Part shown: positions 36,880-45,906 of the stretch, piece after piece | How positions within the stretch are numbered: the first letter of the stretch is position 1 | Layout: every line of letters starts with the position of its first letter | Notes under the pieces: generated by a model | The model's input: the letters and a program-made list of their open reading frames with translations, nothing else | Database searches by the model: none | What the model was told of the DNA's origin: nothing | Source of the DNA: an uncultured Pelagibacteraceae bacterium | GTDB lineage: Bacteria; Pseudomonadota; Alphaproteobacteria; Pelagibacterales; AG-422-B15 | Length of the DNA: 64,000 bases | Reading direction: 5' to 3' | Assembly (NCBI GenBank): GCA_902510025.1 | Contig: CABWZX010000001.1 | Span: forward strand, 1,133-65,132 | Position numbers and translations under genes: made by a program

Positions 36880-37713
36880 CTAATTTATTGAAAAAGTATA
36901 AAGAATAAAATAAACCCATACCGGTATAAGTGTAACAAAATAATTTAACATCCAAGTAAATCCAATTATTCCTCCCCAATCTTCAGGATCATGACTAACA
37001 ATTCTTCTGTTAAGGGAATTTTTTAAACCTTCAAATGCTGTTGTTCTTAAATAATTTCCTGAACTATCATTTTGTAACTTATTTATTCTAGCTTTAATTG
37101 ATTTAAGGTGAAATATTTGCCACGGTAAGTAGCCTATTCCAAAAAGTAAGTTCAAATAAAGTAGGATTTCAAGATTATTAAAATCTATAAAGGTTAATAA
37201 AATAATTACACTGCATACGAAATTTAATAAAAAAATATTGAACCAGCCTATCTCCTCATAAAAATATAAATTTTCATTCTTTGTTAGTATTGCGCACCAC
37301 ACAAAAACTTGCGAAATGCTCACTTGTACAACCATTAACCAACTAAAAATATCTACAAATAAGAGTTCATGATCGTTAATTATTCTGATTACATAGCTAA
37401 ACATAAAGATGTATGAAATCTCAACAAAAGTTACAAAAAATCTTGTAATAAACACTGATGAAAATAAATTATCATGCAAGACTGCGTATGAAGAATAATT
37501 TACAGGGAATAGGCATCTGTATGCAGAAACCAAAAATAGAATTTGTGCAGGAATAAGAAGATAAGGATCTACAGATGAAATAGGAGAAACTATCGTCTGT
37601 AATAAGAAATATATATTAACTAAGGCTCCTATTTTTAAAGTCCATAATAAATACTTGTACATAATAAGTGCCTTGAGAAAACTAACTATTCTGGGATTTG
37701 TTGAGTCATACAA
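36880..37713 (-). CDS. Polytopic membrane protein of unknown function (about 8 TM), very AT-rich
   Basis: 277-aa Ile/Phe/Leu/Asn/Tyr-rich protein. The listed start overlaps aguA by 28 nt; an alternative ATG at 37662 removes the overlap. Confidence 0.5.
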   Translation of the reverse strand: MYDSTNPRIVSFLKALIMYKYLLWTLKIGALVNIYFLLQTIVSPISSVDPYLLIPAQILFLVSAYRCLFPVNYSSYAVLHDNLFSSVFITRFFVTFVEISYIFMFSYVIRIINDHELLFVDIFSWLMVVQVSISQVFVWCAILTKNENLYFYEEIGWFNIFLLNFVCSVIILLTFIDFNNLEILLYLNLLFGIGYLPWQIFHLKSIKARINKLQNDSSGNYLRTTAFEGLKNSLNRRIVSHDPEDWGGIIGFTWMLNYFVTLIPVWVYFILYTFSIN

Positions 37714-38708
37714 CCTAATCCACCACCACCAACAGCTTGGTAAGTACTTGGTGCCTCAACAACATCTAAATTAGGAAATATTTTTTGTAATTCTTTAACA
37801 GCTTCTTGCTCACCTTTCCAACCTACTTGCGGAACAATTATTGCACCATTCATAACATAGTAGTTTGGATAAGGCGTAGGATATACAATGCCTTCGATGG
37901 GAAGTGTATAAGGAAGATAATCAAATTCAACTATTTCCAATTTTCTACCTTTTGCATCAGTTGCATCTTTCAAACGAGATAAATTTTCTTTTAAAATCTC
38001 AAAATTAGGATTTTCTTTATCTGAGCAAGTCTGCACAATAACTTTTCCTGGAGCAATATATTCTATAACATTATCCACATGACCATCAGTTTCAGTATCT
38101 TCAAAAAACCCTTTGTAAAGCCAAATAACTTTTTCAATTCCTAAATAATCTTTCAAACCTTGCTCTATATCTTCTTTGCTCATAGAAGGATTTCGATTCT
38201 GATTTAATAAAGTTTGCTCTGTTGCAATTAATGTACCTTCTCCATCAACACAAATAGCTCCACCCTCAAGAATAAAAGGGGCTTCATATAATGGAACGTT
38301 AAAATATTCTGCAATGGTGTTTGGAACGCTCCCTACTCTTTCATAAGTTGGATACTTATCCCCCCATCCATTAAATTGAAATTTAACTGCAGCAATTTCA
38401 CCTTTAACATTCCTTACAAACATTGGTCCATTATCTCGTACCCAAGCAAACTCTGTATCTGCAGCAATAATTTTTGCAGAATTTCCACATCGTTGTTTTG
38501 CTTCTTCTATATCACTGTGGTCCGCAACTAAAAATGTTTCTTCGTATTCAGCCATTTTTTTTACCACTTCAACTATCTCATCCCGGAATAGCTCAGGTTC
38601 TTTTTCACCTTTTGTCGGCCATGAGATTAATGAGCCTCTATGTTTTTCAAACCGACCAGGCATAATAAACCCATCTTGAAATGGTGTAGATTCACGAATT
38701 TCGGCCAT
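37686..38708 (-). CDS. aguA: Agmatine deiminase (PAD_porph family)
   Basis: 'AWVRDNGPMF' (W-x-RD-x-GP) and C-terminal catalytic-Cys motif 'GGGGLGCMTQQIP'. Confidence 0.85.
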   Translation of the reverse strand: MAEIRESTPFQDGFIMPGRFEKHRGSLISWPTKGEKEPELFRDEIVEVVKKMAEYEETFLVADHSDIEEAKQRCGNSAKIIAADTEFAWVRDNGPMFVRNVKGEIAAVKFQFNGWGDKYPTYERVGSVPNTIAEYFNVPLYEAPFILEGGAICVDGEGTLIATEQTLLNQNRNPSMSKEDIEQGLKDYLGIEKVIWLYKGFFEDTETDGHVDNVIEYIAPGKVIVQTCSDKENPNFEILKENLSRLKDATDAKGRKLEIVEFDYLPYTLPIEGIVYPTPYPNYYVMNGAIIVPQVGWKGEQEAVKELQKIFPNLDVVEAPSTYQAVGGGGLGCMTQQIPE

Positions 38709-38761
38709 AGATAATTTATATATTGTTTTTTTTAAATTGAGGAAGCATAATTTATCTTATT

Positions 38762-40081
38762 ATGAGTATCAATTTATCAAAAGTCGCTTCGCAAAAAAAA
38801 ATAAAATATTTTTTAATTAGTTTTGTAGACCTATTTGGGGTCTTAAGAGCAAAACTTGTTCCAGCACAAGCTATAGCAGGAATGCAGAAAGATGGTGCTG
38901 GTTTTGCTGGTTTTGCAACATATTTGGATATGTCACCTGCTGACTCAGATATGCTAGCTATACCCGATCCAAAAAGTCTTATTCAATTACCTTGGCAACC
39001 AGAGGTTGGCTGGCTTGCAAGTGATCTAGTAATGGATGGAAAGATTGTTGAACAATGTCCAAGAATAATTCTTAAAAGACAGATAGAAAAATTGAACGAA
39101 AAAAATATGGTCATGCAAACTGGTGTTGAATGTGAATTCTTCTTATTGAGCGAGGATGGAACTGAAGTTGATGATAAACGCGATACAGCTGCAAAACCTT
39201 GTTATGACCAATCAACTTTAATGCGTAGATATGATATCATTAAAGAAATATGTGACTCAATGATAAAGTTGGGTTGGAAGCCATATCAAAATGATCATGA
39301 GGATGCGAATGGTCAATTTGAAATGAATTGGAATTATGCTGATTGCCTAACGACCGCCGATCGACATGTCTTTTTTAAATTCATGGTTAAATCAATTGCT
39401 GAAAAACATGGTTTGCGTGCAACTTTTATGCCTAAACCTTTTCCTGATCTAACAGGAAATGGTTGTCACGTTCATGTTTCAATTTGGGATCAGAAAAAAA
39501 AGAAAAATTTATTTTTAGATGAAAATGGTGAACTTGGATTATCCAAATTAGGCTATTCATTTATTGGGGGGATTATGAAGTCAGCAGATTGTTTTTCTGC
39601 TTGGTTTAATCCTTCATTAAATAGTTTTGGCCGAATTGATGCATCAAATACTCTCTCTGGCGCAACATGGTCTCCGAGTACTGTTACATACACAGGAAAC
39701 AATCGTACTCATATGGTTAGAATTCCTGATGCAGGAAGATTTGAAGTAAGACACGCTGATGGTTCGGCAAATCCTTATCTACTTCAAGCAGGAATGCTTG
39801 GTCTTGGACTGGATGGAATAAACAATAAAAGATCTCCGGGGAAAAGGCTGGATATCAATATGTACACTCAAGGCCATAAGCTAAAAAGAGTTAAAAAACT
39901 ACCAAAAACCCTAGATAAAGCTCTAAAACTTTTCAAAGAAAGTAACGTAGCTAAGAATGCCTTTGGATCCAGTGTTGTCTCAAAATATGTTAAACTCAAA
40001 AATAGAGAACTTAAAGAATACGGCAAACAACCTGAAGATCAAAAAAGTGGATGGTCTCGAAATAATGCGATTGATTGCTAA
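38762..40081 (+). CDS. gmaS: Glutamine synthetase-family gamma-glutamyl ligase (gamma-glutamylmethylamide synthetase-like; a PuuA-like role not excluded)
   Basis: GS beta-grasp 'FVDLFGVLRAKLVP' and catalytic-domain motifs 'NGCHVHVSIW', 'HMVRIP', 'FEVRHADGSANPYL'. About 440 aa, like GmaS/type-III-like GS. The symbol is assigned from context only. Confidence 0.7.
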   Translation: MSINLSKVASQKKIKYFLISFVDLFGVLRAKLVPAQAIAGMQKDGAGFAGFATYLDMSPADSDMLAIPDPKSLIQLPWQPEVGWLASDLVMDGKIVEQCPRIILKRQIEKLNEKNMVMQTGVECEFFLLSEDGTEVDDKRDTAAKPCYDQSTLMRRYDIIKEICDSMIKLGWKPYQNDHEDANGQFEMNWNYADCLTTADRHVFFKFMVKSIAEKHGLRATFMPKPFPDLTGNGCHVHVSIWDQKKKKNLFLDENGELGLSKLGYSFIGGIMKSADCFSAWFNPSLNSFGRIDASNTLSGATWSPSTVTYTGNNRTHMVRIPDAGRFEVRHADGSANPYLLQAGMLGLGLDGINNKRSPGKRLDINMYTQGHKLKRVKKLPKTLDKALKLFKESNVAKNAFGSSVVSKYVKLKNRELKEYGKQPEDQKSGWSRNNAIDC

Positions 40082-40097
40082 TTAATAAAACCAATAT

Positions 40098-40946
40098 ATG
40101 ACAATCTCTTTATCAGATATTGTAAACTTAAATGAATACCCAATTCATGATTTAAATTCAAAAATTTATAAAGAATTAACGGTGTATTGTAAGAATGAAT
40201 TAGACACAATTGGATGTTGTGTACTCTCAAATTTTGTTCAACCTAATTCAATTAACAAGATGCTCAATGAAATTGATTCAAAACGAAGTCAGGTTTATTG
40301 GTCAGATGAAAGTCACAACCCTTATTTTACTAAAAAAGATTCTTCTTTCCCTAATAATCATCCAATTAACTCTTTTGGAGATCGCAACAATGGTTACCTT
40401 AATGGGGACCTCATACCAGAAGACTCGGACTTAAATACTTTATATCACAGAGAAGAACTAAAAGATTTAGTTTCCAATTGTTTGGATATCAAACCTTTAT
40501 TCCATTGGGCTGATCCATTGGCAAAAAATGTATATAACTGTATGGATCCTGGAAATTACTTTCCCTGGCACTTTGATAGTAATGAATTCACTTTAAGTAT
40601 CCTAATTCAAAAAGCAGATGAGGGAGGTAACTTTGAATACGTTCCTAATCTCAGAAAGCCTAATGATGAAAATTTTGAAGGGGTTAAAAGAGTTCTAGAT
40701 GGCGACAGAGAAAATGTTCGAGTTCTAGAATTAGAAGTTGGTGATCTTCAAATTTTTAAAGGTCGCTATTCTATGCACCGAGTAAGTAAAGTAGAAGGTA
40801 AAACGACAAGATATATTGCTCTCCCTACATATGCTTTAGATGGATGGAGAGTTAATACCCCAGAACACGCAAGAGTTGTTTATGGAAAAGTTCTTCCAAT
40901 ACATTATGAAAGAAATGTAGAAAGAGCCGATGGTCTAAAAGATTAA
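40098..40946 (+). CDS. 2OG/Fe(II)-dependent oxygenase, substrate unknown
   Basis: Facial triad candidates 'WHFDSNE' (H-x-D) and 'YSMHRVSKV' (distal His plus Arg). Starts 16 nt after the gmaS-like stop. Confidence 0.6.
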   Translation: MTISLSDIVNLNEYPIHDLNSKIYKELTVYCKNELDTIGCCVLSNFVQPNSINKMLNEIDSKRSQVYWSDESHNPYFTKKDSSFPNNHPINSFGDRNNGYLNGDLIPEDSDLNTLYHREELKDLVSNCLDIKPLFHWADPLAKNVYNCMDPGNYFPWHFDSNEFTLSILIQKADEGGNFEYVPNLRKPNDENFEGVKRVLDGDRENVRVLELEVGDLQIFKGRYSMHRVSKVEGKTTRYIALPTYALDGWRVNTPEHARVVYGKVLPIHYERNVERADGLKD

Positions 40947-41672
40947 ATCAAAAAAGTTTTTCATTTCTTGCCATGAATGTTCATCAGCAGCTTGATCATA
41001 AAATAATCCTGAATTTCGATCATCAGCATTTGGATTGGTAAATGCATGTCCTACATTGCTATAAGCGTGTATCTGCCAATTAGCGCTTTTCGACTTTAGT
41101 TCTTCAGCAAGATCAATCATGTTTTTTGGTGTTGCCATGGGGTCTTCATAGCCATGTAGAATTAATATAGAGCTTGAAATTTTGGTTGTACCTTTTAGTG
41201 TTTTTCCTGGATTTGCAGTCGGTGCATCATATAAACCATGAAAACTAACAACTCCTTTAACATCTTCGCCTGCTCTTGCTAGGTCCAATGCACATTTTCC
41301 TCCAAAACAGAAACCTATTGCTCCCGTTTTGTTTTCGTCAACACGATCAAAACTCTTTAGTAAATTGAATGCATTGATCATTCTCTCCTGCAATAAAACA
41401 CGATCAGAATTAAACTCATTCATTAAAGCCATTGATTCTTGTGGGTTACTACCTCTTCTACCTGCCCCATACAAATCTATTGCAAAGGCAAAGTATCCTA
41501 GCTCTGCAAGTTTCTCAGATTTTTGTATATCAAACTCAGAGTGTCCGCCATATGCATGGCAAACTAAAATACCAGGTCGAGGTGATGTTGATTCATCATT
41601 AAAACTAATCGTGCCTTGAAATTTTAATTCAGAATTAACATCTCCATAAGTTATTTGTTCAGTCTTGATCAT
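40935..41672 (-). CDS. Dienelactone hydrolase family protein
   Basis: Alpha/beta hydrolase with Cys nucleophile elbow 'GFCFGG', plus 'ILHGYEDP' and 'GHAF'. Confidence 0.8.
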   Translation of the reverse strand: MIKTEQITYGDVNSELKFQGTISFNDESTSPRPGILVCHAYGGHSEFDIQKSEKLAELGYFAFAIDLYGAGRRGSNPQESMALMNEFNSDRVLLQERMINAFNLLKSFDRVDENKTGAIGFCFGGKCALDLARAGEDVKGVVSFHGLYDAPTANPGKTLKGTTKISSSILILHGYEDPMATPKNMIDLAEELKSKSANWQIHAYSNVGHAFTNPNADDRNSGLFYDQAADEHSWQEMKNFFDLIF

Positions 41673-41674
41673 GG

Positions 41675-42838
41675 TTATAAATTACCTTCATAAGAATCTA
41701 TGTAAAGTTGTTTCATTTCGTCCAATGAAATATCTTTTGGATTTGGTCCAGTTGAAGGATCTTTTAATGCCATAGGTGATAATAAATCAAAATTAAATTC
41801 TACATTCAAATCTTTTAATGTATGAGGGATTGATAGATCTTTTCTTAGTTCCAAAACCCAATTCATAATTCCATCAAAAGTTTGATCCTTTAGCTCAATG
41901 TATTTAGATAATAAGATTAATCTGTCTTCTATTACATCTTTATTGAACTTTAAAACATAAGGCATAAATATTGCATTTGATAGTCCATGATGAATATCAT
42001 TTACTGCATTAATAGGGTGGCTTAGTGAATGAATTGCACCTAATCCTTTTTGAAATGCTGTTGAACCCATAGAAGAAGTCACTAGCATCTTTGCTCTTGC
42101 AATTTTATTGGATGGATCTTTATATGCAGCAACTAAATGATCTTTGATATTTTTTATTCCTTCAACTGCAATACCATCAGCCATGGGATGGAATCCTCTT
42201 GCACAATAAGCTTCTAAGCAATGCGCAAATGCATCCATTCCTGTTGCAGCGGTCAAATGCGGTGGAAGTGTATAAGTTAACTCAGGGTCCAGAATAACAA
42301 GGTCAGGCAAAAGTGATGGGTGAAATATTATTTTTTTTGTCAGATTTGTTTCATCGACAATTAATGAGGCTCTACCTGTTTCAGATCCTGTACCAGCTGT
42401 GGTTGGAACAGCAACAACCTTTGGAAGATTATTTGTTACTGCCTTAGTCCAATTATCTCCTATATCCTCAAAAAACCAGAGATTTTCTGACTGGGCAGAC
42501 ATAAATGCTATAGCTTTTCCAGCATCTAAAGAGCTTCCTCCACCAATTGCAATAACTCCATCATGGGATTCCGAGCGAAATTTTTTAACTCCGTCGTTAA
42601 CATTTTTTCCAGTTGGATTACCTTTAATCTCAGTAAAGATCGAATGAGAAATTGATTTATTATCTAATGTTTTTAAAATTTTTTTAAAACTATCATTTTC
42701 TGCGAATTGAGGGTCAGTAACAATAAGAGGCTTAGTAATACCTATTTCTCTTAAAGCTGAATCAATATCAGCAATACGATTAAAGCCAAACCATATAGGA
42801 GTTGGATAATTCCAATTTGTTGAATTGATTTCTGACAT
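41675..42838 (-). CDS. Iron-containing (group III) alcohol dehydrogenase
   Basis: 'GGGSSLDAGKA' and metal-binding His clusters 'AFAHCLEAY' and 'HSLSHPI'. Confidence 0.85.
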   Translation of the reverse strand: MSEINSTNWNYPTPIWFGFNRIADIDSALREIGITKPLIVTDPQFAENDSFKKILKTLDNKSISHSIFTEIKGNPTGKNVNDGVKKFRSESHDGVIAIGGGSSLDAGKAIAFMSAQSENLWFFEDIGDNWTKAVTNNLPKVVAVPTTAGTGSETGRASLIVDETNLTKKIIFHPSLLPDLVILDPELTYTLPPHLTAATGMDAFAHCLEAYCARGFHPMADGIAVEGIKNIKDHLVAAYKDPSNKIARAKMLVTSSMGSTAFQKGLGAIHSLSHPINAVNDIHHGLSNAIFMPYVLKFNKDVIEDRLILLSKYIELKDQTFDGIMNWVLELRKDLSIPHTLKDLNVEFNFDLLSPMALKDPSTGPNPKDISLDEMKQLYIDSYEGNL

Positions 42839-43782
42839 TATTTTACTTCATAACCTTCTCTTCTTGGTGTTTCATCAACAAGCTCAGGTGGAAATCCTTC
42901 AGCTCTTAAATTTGTTTCACAGGCCTCTTCCAAACGTTTAACAATCATAGATGACCATGCACGATCGCCAAAACGATTTCTTCCATCTTGAAAAATATCT
43001 TTAAGTAAGGGCGATATTTCTGCAGGTATTTTTTTATCTTTTGTCAGTTGGTCAAAAAGACCGACGTCTTTACATACCAGATCCATAGTAAAGTTAATAT
43101 TATAACTTCCATTCATAATAACTTGACTCTCAGTTTCGTGAACAAAACTATTCCCTGAACTAATTTTAATACCTTTAAATGCTGTAGGTAAATCGAGTCC
43201 TGATTTTTTACATACCATTAAAGCTTCGCCCAATGCTACCAAATGAGTAGATGCTAAATAATTTGTTACAACTTTTAAAATAGATGCACTACCTAATTCT
43301 CCAACATGAAGTATCTCATGCCCCATAGCTTTTAGAGTTGGCAATGCAATTTCAAATGCCTCTCTTGACCCTCCTACAAGTATTGCGATATTTCCTGTTG
43401 ATGCTCTATGACAACCACCAGACACAGGTGCCTCAAGTGCAAATGCGCCTTTATTTAAAACAAGATCCGATAATCTACTCATTTCATTACTGTCAGTCGT
43501 GCTCATTTCTATCCATAATTTACCCGCCGACAATCCTTCCAATAATCCTTCTTTACCTTCTAAAGCCCGAGAAACAGCTTTCGGACTTGGTAAGCAGGTG
43601 ATGCAAATATTGCAGGAATCTGCCATTTCTTTAGGAGAATTAACCCACATTGCTCCAGCATCTTCTAATACCTTTGCTGTTGAACGGTCCAGATCATAAA
43701 TACTAATATCAAATCCCGTTTCAAGAAGGCTATTTGCCAACTTGAAGCCAACATTTCCTAAGCCTATAAAACCTACTTTCAT
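42838..43782 (-). CDS. NAD(P)-dependent 3-hydroxyisobutyrate/6-phosphogluconate dehydrogenase-family oxidoreductase
   Basis: N-terminal 'MKVGFIGLGNVGFKLA' Rossmann fold. 1-nt overlap with the downstream ADH. Confidence 0.85.
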   Translation of the reverse strand: MKVGFIGLGNVGFKLANSLLETGFDISIYDLDRSTAKVLEDAGAMWVNSPKEMADSCNICITCLPSPKAVSRALEGKEGLLEGLSAGKLWIEMSTTDSNEMSRLSDLVLNKGAFALEAPVSGGCHRASTGNIAILVGGSREAFEIALPTLKAMGHEILHVGELGSASILKVVTNYLASTHLVALGEALMVCKKSGLDLPTAFKGIKISSGNSFVHETESQVIMNGSYNINFTMDLVCKDVGLFDQLTKDKKIPAEISPLLKDIFQDGRNRFGDRAWSSMIVKRLEEACETNLRAEGFPPELVDETPRREGYEVK

Positions 43783-43801
43783 ACTTTATTCCTTTCTTGA
43801 T

Positions 43802-44710
43802 TTATAGTGTTGGTGGAGTCGATGGTTGTCTTATTCCAACAGCATGGTAAGCAATTGCAAAAATAATTGTTGCACCACCAATCAACGTCACTGATGATGG
43901 AACTTCATTTATTCCGAAAATTGGCATCCAACACCATAACACGCCTCCAACTACCTCTAAAAGAGAAAGAAGCATAAATTCGGCTGCAGGCAAATATCTT
44001 GCTCCAATACTAAGACAAATTAATCCTACAGCAACAAATGACCCGTGGAGCATGCTAAGCAACACATTTCTCATAGGCATAGTATATTCATCTCCAGAAA
44101 TGGTAATCATAATTATAGAAAATAATGAACAAGTAATTCCTGCAATAATAATAGTTGTAAATTTAGGTGTATCAGGACGCCATCTAAGAGTTACAGCAAA
44201 AACTGAAAATCCAATTGAACACAATAATCCAAATAACCAGCCAAGCAAGGTTCCAGCTTGCCAATCATTATATGCCATTAAAAACATTCCTAATAATGAA
44301 ATGACACATGCTACTACCGTAGCAGATCTAACATACTCTCTTAAAAAAATATAAGCAAACAAACCTGAAAACAACGGTTGAGTTCCAATCATAAATAAAG
44401 TTGTTGCCGCAGTAGTAAAAGTCATTCCAAAAATAAAAAAGATAAATGCAAAGGCTAGACCAACACCTCCTAATAACCCTGATAATCCAACTCTCTTAAA
44501 GTTGTGATGAAATGACAGTCCTTCTTTGTACAATAAAAAAATTACTAGAATTGTTGCTACCGTAATTCCTCTACAGAATAGGTAGTGCCATTGATATATT
44601 TGTGCATCTATCATATATCTGATGGTAGGCGCACCAAAACTCCATATTAAACCTGCTGCAAGAGCAAGAAAGAATCCAAGAAAATATTTATTGCTAGTAT
44701 CAGAAGTCAT
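43802..44710 (-). CDS. DMT superfamily (EamA-like) transporter
   Basis: 302 aa with about 10 TM segments arranged as two EamA-like halves. Confidence 0.8.
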   Translation of the reverse strand: MTSDTSNKYFLGFFLALAAGLIWSFGAPTIRYMIDAQIYQWHYLFCRGITVATILVIFLLYKEGLSFHHNFKRVGLSGLLGGVGLAFAFIFFIFGMTFTTAATTLFMIGTQPLFSGLFAYIFLREYVRSATVVACVISLLGMFLMAYNDWQAGTLLGWLFGLLCSIGFSVFAVTLRWRPDTPKFTTIIIAGITCSLFSIIMITISGDEYTMPMRNVLLSMLHGSFVAVGLICLSIGARYLPAAEFMLLSLLEVVGGVLWCWMPIFGINEVPSSVTLIGGATIIFAIAYHAVGIRQPSTPPTL

Positions 44711-44757
44711 AAGCTAAACAAAAAGAATATATAAATATTGGCCTTAATACACTATAA

Positions 44758-45906
44758 ATGAAGACCATGAATTCAGCTAAAGAGCTAGGAAATTACGATA
44801 AAAAATTTGAAAAGGTATTTAGTCTTTTTAAAAGCAACATAGAAAATGGAGAGGAAGTTGGTGCTTCATTTGCAGTCTATCATGAAGGCAAACTAGTCAT
44901 CGACTTGTATGGTGGGTATAGGGATAAGGATAAAACCAAAGCCTGGGATCAAGACACTATCGTTAATATTCATTCTACAAGTAAAGGGTTAGTAGCAATG
45001 ATCATTGCTCACTTGATTGACAAAGGTCAAATTGACCTAGATGAAAATGTTGCAACTTATTGGCCAGAATTTGCCCAGGCAGGAAAAGAAAATATTAAAG
45101 TTAGAACATTGCTTTCCCACCAAGCAGGACTATATGGATGGAAAGAAAAAATTGACGAGTTAGATTTCTATCGATGGGATTATGTTGTTAACCTACTAGC
45201 TAAACAAGAACCATTTCATAATCCAGGAGAAGAAATTTGTTACCATCCAAAAACAATTGGGTTTTTAGTTGGAGAATTAATTAGAAGAGTTACCAAAAAA
45301 ACTGTTGGTAATTTCTTAAAGGAAAATCTTAGTAACCCCCTAGATGCAAAATGCTTTATAGGAACACCAGAAGAATATCATAATAATATTGCTGAATTAA
45401 TTAGTTCTGAAAGTTTAAGAAAAGCTTTTAGTAATCCAGAACATATTGATCAATATATGATTACCGCATTCTTAAACCCTGCCAACCGAACCAAAACATC
45501 AAATACTCGTGAATGGCGTCTTGCTGAAATTCCTGCAATGAATTGTCATGGAAATGCTAGATCACTTAGCAAAATTTATGACTTCTTTATGAATAGTAGA
45601 AATCATGAAAATGGATTCATAAGTAAAGAAACTTTTGATTTAGTTACGAGAACTGAAGTAAAAGGGAATGACAATGTTATGAAATCACCTATGCAGTGGA
45701 GCTGTACTGGTTATAGCATTGGTGGAGGAAAATTATTTGGAAAAAGTAATAAAGCCTTTGGACATACTGGCTGGGGTGGATCAGTAGCTTTTGGTGATCC
45801 AGAAAATAATCTTAGTTTTGCATATACAATGAACTTGCTTACTGGTTCAATGTTAGGAGATCAAAGAGCACTAAAATTAGTAGAAGAAACTTATAATTGC
45901 CTATGA
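44758..45906 (+). CDS. Beta-lactamase-fold serine hydrolase (class C / family VIII esterase-like)
   Basis: S-x-x-K motif 'HSTSKG' near residue 73, and a 'HTGWGG' C-terminal motif region. Confidence 0.8.
   Translation: MKTMNSAKELGNYDKKFEKVFSLFKSNIENGEEVGASFAVYHEGKLVIDLYGGYRDKDKTKAWDQDTIVNIHSTSKGLVAMIIAHLIDKGQIDLDENVATYWPEFAQAGKENIKVRTLLSHQAGLYGWKEKIDELDFYRWDYVVNLLAKQEPFHNPGEEICYHPKTIGFLVGELIRRVTKKTVGNFLKENLSNPLDAKCFIGTPEEYHNNIAELISSESLRKAFSNPEHIDQYMITAFLNPANRTKTSNTREWRLAEIPAMNCHGNARSLSKIYDFFMNSRNHENGFISKETFDLVTRTEVKGNDNVMKSPMQWSCTGYSIGGGKLFGKSNKAFGHTGWGGSVAFGDPENNLSFAYTMNLLTGSMLGDQRALKLVEETYNCL

Noticed and set aside
33639-37713. Interpreting the ORFan islet as a prophage remnant, transposon or known defence system.
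   Set aside because: I recognised no integrase, recombinase, transposase, terminal inverted repeat, capsid or terminase gene. I also saw no nuclease, ATPase, methyltransferase or other defence-type motif. It is kept as an unexplained islet rather than assigned to a class.
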